Part shown: in pieces, positions 9,699-20,397 of the stretch
Position numbering within the stretch: position 1 is the first letter of the stretch
Layout: each line of letters begins with the position of its first letter
DNA from: Longimicrobiales bacterium
GTDB taxonomy: Bacteria; Gemmatimonadota; Gemmatimonadetes; Longimicrobiales; Gaopeijiaceae
Reading direction: 5' to 3'
Length of the DNA: 64,000 nt
NCBI GenBank assembly: GCA_965203485.1
Contig: OZ241892.1
Coordinates: 1,888,001-1,952,000 of the forward strand
The notes under the pieces: model-generated
The model's database searches: none
What the model saw: the letters and a program-made list of their open reading frames with translations, nothing else
What the model was told of the DNA's origin: nothing
Position numbers and translations under genes: made by a program

Positions 9699-10915
9699 GC
9701 CATCTTGAACGACAACGCGAGCTTCTTCAAGCTCGCCTGGATGCCCAAAAGAGTCGGCAGGATAGAAACGTCTTGGGGCAGTTTGCCACGCCGGCGTCGT
9801 TGGCGCTGGAAATCGCCCGCTCGGCCCGCGCGGCGCTCGGGCAAAGACTGCCGATAGCGTTCCTCGATCCCGCTTTCGGGACCGGCGCCTTCTACTCGGC
9901 GCTACGTCGAGCGTTTGCTTCCGACGCGATCGCGTCAGCCCAGGGATACGAAGTCGACGCCTATTACGGAGATCCGGCTCGCCGCCTGTGGGCGCCAACA
10001 GGCTTCAATCTGGCTCTCCGCGACTTTACCGCGGCCAGGCCGTCCGACAATGGGGCATCCTGCGCCGACCTTCTAATCTGCAATCCGCCCTACGTCCGCC
10101 ATCACCATATTTCACGTTCCGCGAAGCGTCGCCTCGCGACCGACCTGAAGAAGGATCTGGGAATAGGCGTCTCCGGCCTTGCGGGCCTATATGTGTACTT
10201 CATGTTGTTGAGCCACAAGTGGCTTCGGCCCGAATGCCTCTCAATTTGGCTCGTCCCCAGCGAGTTCATGGATGTCAACTATGGATCTGTCCTACGGCGA
10301 TACCTTCTTGAGCAAGTCGACCTGGTCCGGATCCATCGTTTCGATCCTGCGGAAGTCCAGTTCGACGACGCCCTCGTGTCTTCGGCCGTCGTTTGGTTCA
10401 GCAATAGGCCTCCGAGCCCGGCCGGCGACCCCGAGTTCACTTTCGGCGGCTCCATCGCCACACCGAAGATTCGGCGCCGCATTGGTCGGGGTGCGTTACG
10501 CGATTCGCCCAAGTGGACCGGCCACATCGCCCATCAAGGTCGACAACTAAGCGCATCTCACTCGCTCAACCCATGGGCGCCAGCCGTTGGCCATTTCTTT
10601 TCGATACGCCGAGGCATCGTCACCGGCGCCAATCGCTTTTTCTTGCTGGATGCAAGCCGCGCCTCCAAGCTACCGATCCCATCCCGCATCCTGACCCCGA
10701 TTCTCCCGAGTCCGCGCAATCTTGGAACCGACGTGGTGAACGCCGACGCTGATGGACAACCCCTCTTGGACGGCCCCATTTTCTTGTTCGATTGTCGCCT
10801 TGCTCCGGCCGACTTGGCCCGCGTCGAGCCCGAAACCGCCGCCTACGTCGCCACCGGCGAGGCCGCCAACATTCACAAGGGCTACCTGACGCTGCGACGC
10901 GATCCCTGGACCTAG
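9695..10915 (+). CDS. N6-adenine DNA methyltransferase (gamma class, Eco57I/XamI-type), probably C-terminally truncated
   Basis: TTG start overlaps the endonuclease stop (TTGA); motifs GQFATP, FLDPAFGTGAF, ICNPPY and RRGIVTGAN; ends abruptly at YLTLRRDPWT. Confidence 0.85.
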   Translation: MSHLERQRELLQARLDAQKSRQDRNVLGQFATPASLALEIARSARAALGQRLPIAFLDPAFGTGAFYSALRRAFASDAIASAQGYEVDAYYGDPARRLWAPTGFNLALRDFTAARPSDNGASCADLLICNPPYVRHHHISRSAKRRLATDLKKDLGIGVSGLAGLYVYFMLLSHKWLRPECLSIWLVPSEFMDVNYGSVLRRYLLEQVDLVRIHRFDPAEVQFDDALVSSAVVWFSNRPPSPAGDPEFTFGGSIATPKIRRRIGRGALRDSPKWTGHIAHQGRQLSASHSLNPWAPAVGHFFSIRRGIVTGANRFFLLDASRASKLPIPSRILTPILPSPRNLGTDVVNADADGQPLLDGPIFLFDCRLAPADLARVEPETAAYVATGEAANIHKGYLTLRRDPWT

Positions 10916-10927
10916 ACCCATAGCGCT

Positions 10928-10945
10928 TGGACGGCGTGCCGTCCA
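10928..10945. terminator. Short perfect hairpin between convergent genes (possible terminator)
   Basis: TGGACGGC-GT-GCCGTCCA inverted repeat; no clear U-tract. Confidence 0.3.
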
Positions 10946-10959
10946 CGGTGTCGCAATCT

Positions 10960-12243
10960 TCATTCAGAGCCACCCCCTCTCGCGAAATCCGCCCCCGCCG
11001 GGTCTTGGAACACCTTCAGCCCGAACTCGGGTAGGACAGCGATCAGGTGGTCGAAGATGTCCGCCTGGAAGGCTTCGTAGGAAGCCCAGGCCGTGTCCGA
11101 GGAGAAGCAGTAGACCTCGATCGGGACGCCTTGAGGGCCGGGGGCGAGCTGGCGGACGATGAGGGTCATGTCCTGGTGGGTCTTGGGGTGGGCCGACAGG
11201 TATCTGTGGACGTAGGCCCGGAAGGTGCCCAGGTTGGTGAGGCGGCGGGCTTCGGGGGTGGATCCCGGTTCGGGAGCATCGGTGCGGGAGGCGTTGTGGC
11301 GCTCGATCTCGTCGCGCTTGTCCTGCATGTAGGCGCGGAGGAGGTCGCGTTGCGAAAGGGCTTCGATCTCGTCGTCGGTCAGGAAGCGTACGGAATTCTG
11401 GTCGATGCGGAGCGAGCGCTTGATTCGGCGGCCGCCGGCGTCCGCCATGCCGCGCCAGTTGCGGAAGGACTCGCTGATGAACTTGTAGGTGGGGATCGTC
11501 GAGATGGTCTTGTCCCAGTTCTGGACCTTGACGGTGTGCAGGGCCACGTCGATGACGTCGCCGTCGGCGCCGGCTTGGGGCATTTCCACCCAGTCGCCGA
11601 TTCGGACCATGTCGTTGGACATGATCTGCACGCTGGCGACGAGCGAAAGAATGGTGTCCTTGAAGACCAGCATCAGCACTGCGGCCAGCGCGCCCAGGCC
11701 AGACAGAAGGACGAATGGCGACACGCCCGCCACCATCGACACGACGACGATCGCCGCTGCCAAGTAGCCCAAGAGGCTCGCGACTTGCAGGTAGCCCTTG
11801 ATCGGGGCGGACTTGGCGTCGGCATAGGTGTCGTTGTAGATGTCGTTGACGGCATCCAGCGTTGCACTGAAGGTCCTGGAAAGCACCAGGACGGCGTAGG
11901 CCGCGGCGGCGGTGCGCACCACGGTCCACGTCCAGAAGAGAAAGGCGTCTCCCGGGTCGCTGCTCGCGGCGGCCGCTTCGAACTGGGCGCCGGTGAATCC
12001 GAGAGCGGGGCCGATCCCGGCGTACACGACGAGCGCGGGCACCGTGCGGGCGACGCGGGCCAAGACGTCTCGGTCGACGAGGCGGTCGTCCCATGTGGAG
12101 CGGGTGCGGGACGCGAGCGTGCGGGCGGCGCCGGTCAAGAGCCGGCCCGCGACCCACCTGGCGGCCACCGCAACGACGACGAGGACGCCGAGGCCGGCCA
12201 GCGCCCGAGGCCAGTCGTCAAAGAACGTCAGCAAGGATTCCAT
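10960..12243 (-). CDS. Small-conductance mechanosensitive channel (MscS family, YbdG-like)
   Basis: Several TM helices; LVFKDTILSLVASVQ, IGDWVEMP, DGDVIDVALHTVKVQNWDKT, NWRGM..GGRRIKRS and TNLGTFRAY motifs. Confidence 0.92.
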   Translation of the reverse strand: MESLLTFFDDWPRALAGLGVLVVVAVAARWVAGRLLTGAARTLASRTRSTWDDRLVDRDVLARVARTVPALVVYAGIGPALGFTGAQFEAAAASSDPGDAFLFWTWTVVRTAAAAYAVLVLSRTFSATLDAVNDIYNDTYADAKSAPIKGYLQVASLLGYLAAAIVVVSMVAGVSPFVLLSGLGALAAVLMLVFKDTILSLVASVQIMSNDMVRIGDWVEMPQAGADGDVIDVALHTVKVQNWDKTISTIPTYKFISESFRNWRGMADAGGRRIKRSLRIDQNSVRFLTDDEIEALSQRDLLRAYMQDKRDEIERHNASRTDAPEPGSTPEARRLTNLGTFRAYVHRYLSAHPKTHQDMTLIVRQLAPGPQGVPIEVYCFSSDTAWASYEAFQADIFDHLIAVLPEFGLKVFQDPAGADFARGGGSE

Positions 12244-12509
12244 TCGCGCTCTTCTGCCGTCGGAGGCGGGAGGCGTTGGCGGGCACCCGGCTCCGGGGAC
12301 GAGGCCGGTCGCCGGCGGCGAGAACCGGGTCACCAAGATAATCGCCAGGGCGCCGGGCGAGAACGCGGGCACGAGCGCGGGCAGAAGGGAGCCGCCTGCG
12401 CCGCGCCGCGCCCGCAACCGAGGTCCCGGCCGACCGCCGTCGGCAGTACATTGATGGGGCGTCCCCGCACCCCTTCGCGTCCCGCGTTCCCAGATGGGCT
12501 TGGTGGGTC

Positions 12510-15429
12510 ATGCCGGCCAACAGCGAAGCCACGATCAACGTCGAACTGGGCCGCGCGCTCCGCACGAGGCACCCGGACTGGCGGAGCGGGATCGGCGTCG
12601 AGCAGTCGCAGGTTCTTCGCCGGGCAAGCCACCGGCCCGACGTTGTGGTTCGGAGCGCCGGGGGCCAAGTCGTCGTCGTCGAGACCGAGTTCGCGCCCGG
12701 CCGGGACGTGGAGCGCGACGCCTGCGCCCGCTTGGGCCGGGTCGTGGACGCGAACGACGAGCCGGTGGAGCAGACCGTCGCGCTGCTGTTGCCGGAGGAG
12801 TTGAAAGAGGGACAAGAGGAACTGCCGGAACGCATGGCCGGCGCAACCCTTCGCTTCGCCGTCTTCGCGGGCACGGAGGAGGCGCCCGTCCGCTGGCCGA
12901 CGAAGGGATGGCTGTCGGGAGGCGTCGACGACTTGGCGGCATGCGTCGAGTTCGCGTCGTTGTCGGAGAGGCGCATCGCCCAGGGCGCCGAGGCGCTGGA
13001 GACGGGCGTGCGCCAAGCCGCGTTTCGGCTCCGGGAATTCGCCGCCCACCGAAAGTCGGACTCGCTGGAGCGAATCGCCCGCGTCCTTCGCCAAGAAGAG
13101 TCCGAGCAGACCACGCGCATGGCCATGGCGATTCTGGCCAACGCGGTCACCTTCCACCACAGCATCGCCGGCACGCACGGCATCCCCCGGCTGAACGAGC
13201 TTCACCTTTCCGTGCCGGGGCTGGACCAGACAAAGCTGCTGTACTGCTGGCGCGACATCCTGGAACGCGTCAACTACTGGCCGATCTTCAAGATCGCCAG
13301 CGACGTGCTCCGGTCGATCGCGGGCGTCGAGGCGGACCGCGTGCTCGACCGGCTGGAGAAGCTGGCGTCGGAGCTGGCGAGGACGGGCGCCACCGCGACG
13401 CACGACCTGTCCGGGCAGATGTTCCAGCGGCTGATCGTGGATCGGAAGTTCCTGGCCACGTTCTACACGTTGCCCGCGTCGGCAGCGCTGCTGGCGGAGC
13501 TGGCCGTGGCCCGGTTGGAGACGGACTGGGGCGACGGCGAGGCCGTGGGCCGGCTGCGCATCGCGGACTTGGCCTGCGGGACGGGGACGTTGCTGAACGC
13601 GGCCTACCAGGCCGTGCGAATGCGGCACCGGCACCGCGGCGGCAACGACGCGGAGCTTCATCCGGCGATGATGGAGCGCTCGCTGATTGCCGCCGACATC
13701 ATGCCCGCCGCCACGCACCTCACGGCGTCCATCTTGTCGGGCGCGCATCCCGCGGTGCCGTTCGAAGGGACGCGCATCGTGACGATGCCCTACGGCGAAC
13801 AGCCGTCCGCGACGGGCCATCCGCTGTCCATCGGGTCGCTGGACCTCCTGGCGGACGAGACGGCTCGCTCCGTGGTCGGCGTGCGCCCAGCCGTGCAGAT
13901 CGACGCCTTCGGCACCGGCCGAACGCAGGTGCGCGGCACGGGCGACGAACTCGATAGCGACGCATGCGCAGTCAGCCTGCCCCACGAGAACTGCGACCTC
14001 CTGATCATGAACCCGCCGTTCACGAGGCCCACGAACCACGAGTCGGCGACGATTCCGGTGCCGTCGTTCGCGGGCTTCGACACCTCCGACGACGAGCAAC
14101 GGGCCATGTCGGCAATGCTGAAGCGATTGCGGGAGCGGCTGGACGCGGCGGCGGGAGACGGCAACGCCGGTCTGGCGTCGTACTTCGTCGACTTGGCCGA
14201 CATGAAGACGAAGCCGGGCGGCGTGATCGCCCTAGTGTTGCCGGCGGCGTTCGTGCAAGGTGGATCGTGGACGGCGGCGAGGACGCTTGTCGCCCGGCGC
14301 TACGAGGACTTGACGGTCGTGTCGATAGCGGCCAGCGGCAACACGGAACGGGCGTTTTCCGCCGACACGGGCATGGCCGAGGCGCTCGTGGTGGGGACGA
14401 AGAAGCGCGACCCCGACGCTCCTTGCGGCGACACGCTGTTCGTGAACTTGCTTCGACGCCCTCGAAGCCGGGCGGAAGCGGCGGCCCTTGCGGGCGCCGC
14501 AAGACGAATTCCAGAAGAACAGCGAAGCGGCCGCATCTTCGTCGGCGAAGACGACGTGGGCACGTTCGTGCGGGCGCCCTTGGCCGAAGGAGGATGCGCG
14601 GCGCTCCGGGAACCGGCGCTGGCCGCCGCGATGCTCTCGTTGCGGGACAGCAAACTGGCGCTGCCGCGCACCAACCAGCGTCCGACCGTTCCAACCACCT
14701 GCCTGAACGAATTGGGAACGCGGGGCAAGGTCGACCGCGACATTGCGGGCCGCAACGCCGACGGCACGCCCCGAGGGCCGTTCGACATCGTGGCGTTGCG
14801 GGGCCGCCCGCTCTACCCCGTGCTCTGGCGGCACGCCGCCGAGAGAGAGCGCAACCTGATCGTAGAACCCGACCGCGAGGGCATTGTCCGCGAAGGTTGC
14901 CAAGCCCGCGCGAACGACCTCTGGCAGGCCACGGCTTCGCGCCTTCACTTCAGCCGCGACTTTCAGATCAACTCGCAGAGCTTGGCCGCCTGCCTTACCC
15001 CGAAAAAGACCATCGGAGGCAGGGGGTGGCCCAACTTCCTGGCTCAGCGCGAGGAATGGGAAGCACCGCTCGCAGTCTGGGCCAACAGCACGCTGGGCCT
15101 CATGTCGTTCTGGTGGGTCGGAACACGGCAGCAACAAGGCCGCGCCATGCTCACGATCAGCCGCCTGCCTTCCCTGATCGTGCTGGACCCCCGTTGCCTG
15201 TCGGCACCCAAGCTGGAAGCCGCTCGTCTGATTTTCGACAACTTCAAGGGTCGCGAACTGCTCCCCGCCAACGAAGCATACCGCGACGACGTGCGCCGAG
15301 CCCTCGACCGCGCGCTCTTCACCGACGTGCTGGGCCCTGCCCGAGGCCCTCCTGGAACCCCTGGACGCCCTTCGGCAAAGCTGGTGCGCCGAACCGACGG
15401 TGCACGGCGGCAAGGGGACGCGGCCGTAG
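12510..15429 (+). CDS. Type IIG-like restriction-modification fusion (nuclease-like N-terminus, N6-adenine MTase, specificity region) with an apparent +1 frameshift near 15335
   Basis: RPDVVV...VVVETEF nuclease-like motif; ATFYT, IADLACGTGTLL and IMNPPF motifs. Removing one C from GGGCCCTG gives a plausible C-terminus LGLPEALLEPLDALRQSWCAEPTVHGGKGTRP* (stop 15427-15429); as written the frame runs on to 15578. Confidence 0.8.
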
Positions 15430-15536
15430 AGCGGGGTGCGCGGGCCGCTCGACGCGCATCAACCGCCGCAGGGTCGATTCGCCCGCCAAGCCGTCGCCGT
15501 CGCACACGCACGGGAGCCCCTTGTTCGCCCGAACTC

Positions 15537-15564
15537 TTGGGAAGATTCCTCAAGGCTGTATTCT
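15537..15564 (+). promoter_or_regulatory. Possible sigma70-type promoter upstream of apaG
   Basis: TTGGGA-N16-TATTCT in an AT-rich patch of otherwise GC-rich intergenic DNA. Confidence 0.3.
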
Positions 15565-15750
15565 TGATGGACCGCTAACGAAGTTGCGGACGAGTCGGCG
15601 GGCCGGCCTGGACGACGACCGCGACGAGGTTGCCGGGTATCCCGCCACGCCGCGCACCGAGTTGCCAGCAACGAATCCAGCCCACCCGATCATGTCCGAG
15701 AGGAGCCGCGAAATGACGGCAACACCCAGGGACCGACGGCGTTCCGCAGC

Positions 15751-16233
15751 ATGACCAGTCCCTCGAAGCCCCGGGAGAGCGGCCAGCGCGGCGCGTCCCG
15801 TGCCCGCCCGCGGCGACGCCGTCCTCCGGTGCGGCCGGACTGCATGCGCGTAGACGTGGACCCGGTGTATTCGGCTCGTCATTCGGCCCCTCCCGATCAA
15901 TACGTGTTCACGTACTTCGTGCGCATCGAGAACATCGGCAAGGCGCCCGCGCAACTGTTCTGGCGCCAACTGTTGTTCCACGACTCGGTGGCAGGCGACC
16001 AAGAAGTCGAGGGCGAGGGCGTCGTGGGAGAGTCGCCGTGGCTGAAGCCGGGCGACGTGCACGAATACGAGAGCTTCTGCATGCTCGAGGACCAGAACGG
16101 CTACATGGAGGGCTACTACCACTTCCAGGAGGACGACGGATCCGTGTTCCGGGCCGAGATCCCGCGTTGCCTGTTGCGCACTCCGCCCGGCGCCCTGCCC
16201 CACCTGGGCGCGGAGGCGCAAGAACCGAGCTGA
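15751..16233 (+). CDS. apaG: ApaG / DUF525 protein
   Basis: YVFTYFVRIEN, VEGEGVVGESPWLKPG and YESFC..GYMEGYY motifs; the start could also be ATG 15844. Confidence 0.88.
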   Translation: MTSPSKPRESGQRGASRARPRRRRPPVRPDCMRVDVDPVYSARHSAPPDQYVFTYFVRIENIGKAPAQLFWRQLLFHDSVAGDQEVEGEGVVGESPWLKPGDVHEYESFCMLEDQNGYMEGYYHFQEDDGSVFRAEIPRCLLRTPPGALPHLGAEAQEPS

Positions 16234-16348
16234 GCGCGGCGAGCTGCTGTGGCCCTCGGGCAACCGCGGAGATTGGCGGGACCCGGCACCGGTTGCGGGG
16301 TTTGATCGCGCGTGCCCCCGGGGCCGCTCGGACCGGCTTGTCTTGGCT

Positions 16349-16882
16349 TTAGCGGATTCTCCGGTAGATGGCGCGCGTGACGCGCTCCGTGCCGTCGTCG
16401 AGCGTCCTGCGGTACTCGTTGTCGATCGTCTGGCCGTCCTCCGACAGCACGTTGACGATGACTTGGTAGACTTCGCCGTCGCGCTGGTTGAGTATGTGGT
16501 TCGTGCGCTCGTCAACGACCTCCACGGCAGTGGACGCACCTTCCTGCCCTTCCACCGGGCGAAAGACGCCGTCGAACATCGTCACGTAGCCCCACTCGGA
16601 CATCTCGCCGTCCGCGTTCGTGGTGGCGACGGTGATCTTCATGCCGCCCTCGCCGTAGGGCTCGTACGTCATGACGTTGCGGTACGGCGCGGGCCTGTCG
16701 GTCTCCAGCTCCCAAACGCCGAAGCGGGGATTCCGGCCGGCTTCCGCGACATCGGCGCCGTCGGCCTGCAACTCGGGCGCCCCGGTCGCGGCGTTTCCGC
16801 CGTCCTCCGGCACGGGTCCGCATCCGGCGACGGCCACCGCCAGCGCCGGCAACAGCATTCTCCTCGCGATCCGCATTCGCAT
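16349..16882 (-). CDS. Hypothetical lipoprotein (beta-rich)
   Basis: GGAGG RBS; MRMRIARRMLLPALAVAVAGC lipobox; FGVWEL...YRR beta-strand pattern. Confidence 0.75.
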   Translation of the reverse strand: MRMRIARRMLLPALAVAVAGCGPVPEDGGNAATGAPELQADGADVAEAGRNPRFGVWELETDRPAPYRNVMTYEPYGEGGMKITVATTNADGEMSEWGYVTMFDGVFRPVEGQEGASTAVEVVDERTNHILNQRDGEVYQVIVNVLSEDGQTIDNEYRRTLDDGTERVTRAIYRRIR

Positions 16883-17173
16883 GGTCCTCCGTTCTTCTTG
16901 GTCACGGGCCTCTGCGAGCCGGATCAGTGTACGCCCGAACGGGACGCGCGGCAAGGCGGAACCAGACGCGTTCCGGCCCGCATGGGACGCGGCCCAACGA
17001 CGCCAGCCGTCAGGCTGGCTGGCGCCCGAACGCGGCCGGCTCTGGTCCGTACCGGAGGCGACGAGCCGCCCACCAGGACTGGCGCCTTCGTGCCCATCGT
17101 GGCCAGATTGGACGTTGCTGGCGAGGCGCCTCCAGGTTCGCGCCGACCACTGGCAGGCCAGCAAGGAGGAGAG

Positions 17174-17640
17174 GTGAGCGCGAAGACAAGACCATCCAGA
17201 CGGCGGGCGGCGACTTTGGTCGCGGTGGCGGCGTTGTTGCCGCTGGGGGGCGCGTGCGATTCCCTCATCTTGCGCAGCGAGCCCGAGGCGGCCCGCATCC
17301 GGATCGGCAGCCCGGACGTGGAGACGGTCATTGTCGTCACTGCCAAGCGGTTCGCCTACGAACGGGACCCCGACTGCGCGGAGTGCCCGCCAGTCGTTAG
17401 GCCGGTCAACAGCGACACGCTGACGGCGTCGGTGCCGTTCGACCGGACCTACGCGCTGGACTCCCGACTCCAGTTCTTCGCGGAAACGTACGCCACCGGA
17501 ACCGAGCCGGTCACCTTGTCGATGACGGCGTACGTGGACGGCACCGAGTGGTCGCGCAGCACACGCGTCTTGCGGCCCCGGAACGAGAGCGGCGAGCCCG
17601 AGACGATTCAGTTCGTGTACGAGTACAGCCGGGCCAATCG

Positions 17641-17644
<4 letters not shown>
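17174..17644 (+). CDS. Hypothetical lipoprotein with a CxxC
   Basis: AGGAGG RBS before GTG 17174; LLPLGGAC lipobox; DPDCAECPP. Confidence 0.7.
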
Positions 17645-18834
<1,190 letters not shown>

Positions 18835-18975
18835 CCCATCGGCGATTCCGGGCATCAATCAAGACAAGGACGAACGCCCTCGTTCCCCGGAAAACGCGGA
18901 CTCGCCGGCGGCGCTTCGAGGGAGCGGAAACGTCGAGCGCGCCCCGCCGTCGCGCATGAAGCGACGCATACGCAC

Positions 18976-19013
18976 AAGAAGGGGTGGCCGCCCCACAGTA
19001 GGGCGACCACCCC
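18976..19013 (-). terminator. Intrinsic terminator downstream of the SusD-like gene
   Basis: On the minus strand GGGGTGGTCGCCC-7 nt-GGGCGGCCACCCC is followed by TTCTT, about 30 nt after the stop codon. Confidence 0.7.
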
Positions 19014-19044
19014 CGGGCCTCTTGCAACGCGATGCGCTACGACA

Positions 19045-20364
19045 TCATGCCCTGGGAATGCACCGGGCCGTCAGTTCGCTCTTGATGTTGTCGTTGTACA
19101 GAGCTTCCTGGTCGGACAACGTGAACTTCGTCGGCCGCCCTGTGCCCGGCCGCTCCGAATCGTTCAAGGCTTCGAAGACGCGCCGCGTCAAGCCGAAGCG
19201 ATGGAGGTCCACTGCCCGATGGCCTTCCATGAACAGCTCCGCGAAACGCTCGGTCATGAGGTACTCCATCGCCACGGCCGGGTCCGTCGGCGTCTCGAAC
19301 GGGGGCAACTGAACGGCAGCCCGCAACCGGTTCAGAATAGCCATGGCGCCAGCCAGGTCGCCCGACCCGATCAACGCCTCGGCCTGGATCAGCCGCATCC
19401 CGTCCGAGTGCACCATGGGAATCGGATCGGTTATGCCGTTGTACTTCCATTGGCTGTAGTGCGGCGTTTCGTTGTCGGTCGCGACCTCGCCGTCGAAGTA
19501 CACGGGCATCCGCTTGTCGAACTCCATCGTCCACGGATCCCGCATGTACCCCGCTTCTTTGCTTTCGTCGATCTGATCCCACCACTTGTACATCAGGCCG
19601 GCGGCCTCGTTGAAGTTCTTGGTCGTGAGCTGCACCACGGCGTTGTTGAGTTGCGCGTTGAAGATCGCGTTGTATGAAAAAGCGTCCGGCACCATCGCCG
19701 CGTCAACCGCCGCCCCGGTCACGTCTCCCTTGACCAGCTTGGCCTGAGCGCGGCCCGCCACCGCGGCCGTTGCGTAGTCCGTTGCCCCCGCCGTCTGCGC
19801 CGTCTGCAACGCGTTTGTGAACCGTTGCACGGCCACGTCCAGCATTTCCATGTCCGTGACCACGGCGCCCTTTGTCGGGTCGGCGGCGCCGCCCTCGCGA
19901 TCGGCCACGGACTCGCAGAACGTCATGCCCAGGTAGAGAGCCGCAAATGCGCCGCTCAGGCGAACCTGAGCAGTCAGTTCGCTGGACGCGGCCTCTGCTT
20001 CGCCCATCACCCGCACGAAGCGGTCTTCCGCGTCAATCGAGTACCATTGCGCCCGGTGCCACGCGTCCTGCGTGCCGTCCATCGGGCTCGTCGCGTACTG
20101 GAACCGGCCATGGTCGGTCTCGTCGTATCCGCTCCACGTGCCGGTGTGCTGGTACTCGTCCGCCAGGAGCGCCTGATAGATGACGTAGCTGTCCATGACG
20201 CCATGAACGTCTCCCTCGACGCCGTTGGCGACTGCCGGCAACGCCGTGTCCACGTCGTCGGACGTGTAGCGCTGCGGGTCGGATACTGTCAGCAGGTCGC
20301 ATCCCCCCAGAAAGAGAACGGAGGCCATGGCGGCCTTCCATCCCCTGAAGATTCTTCCGTTCAT
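19045..20364 (-). CDS. RagB/SusD-family surface lipoprotein
   Basis: LFLGGC lipobox; LIQAEA...LNRLR...ERFAELFMEGHRAVDLHRFG SusD signature; lies directly downstream of SusC. Confidence 0.92.
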   Translation of the reverse strand: MNGRIFRGWKAAMASVLFLGGCDLLTVSDPQRYTSDDVDTALPAVANGVEGDVHGVMDSYVIYQALLADEYQHTGTWSGYDETDHGRFQYATSPMDGTQDAWHRAQWYSIDAEDRFVRVMGEAEAASSELTAQVRLSGAFAALYLGMTFCESVADREGGAADPTKGAVVTDMEMLDVAVQRFTNALQTAQTAGATDYATAAVAGRAQAKLVKGDVTGAAVDAAMVPDAFSYNAIFNAQLNNAVVQLTTKNFNEAAGLMYKWWDQIDESKEAGYMRDPWTMEFDKRMPVYFDGEVATDNETPHYSQWKYNGITDPIPMVHSDGMRLIQAEALIGSGDLAGAMAILNRLRAAVQLPPFETPTDPAVAMEYLMTERFAELFMEGHRAVDLHRFGLTRRVFEALNDSERPGTGRPTKFTLSDQEALYNDNIKSELTARCIPRA

Positions 20365-20397
20365 TTGGCTTGTCCTTTCTCGCTCGTCGCGGGCGTA

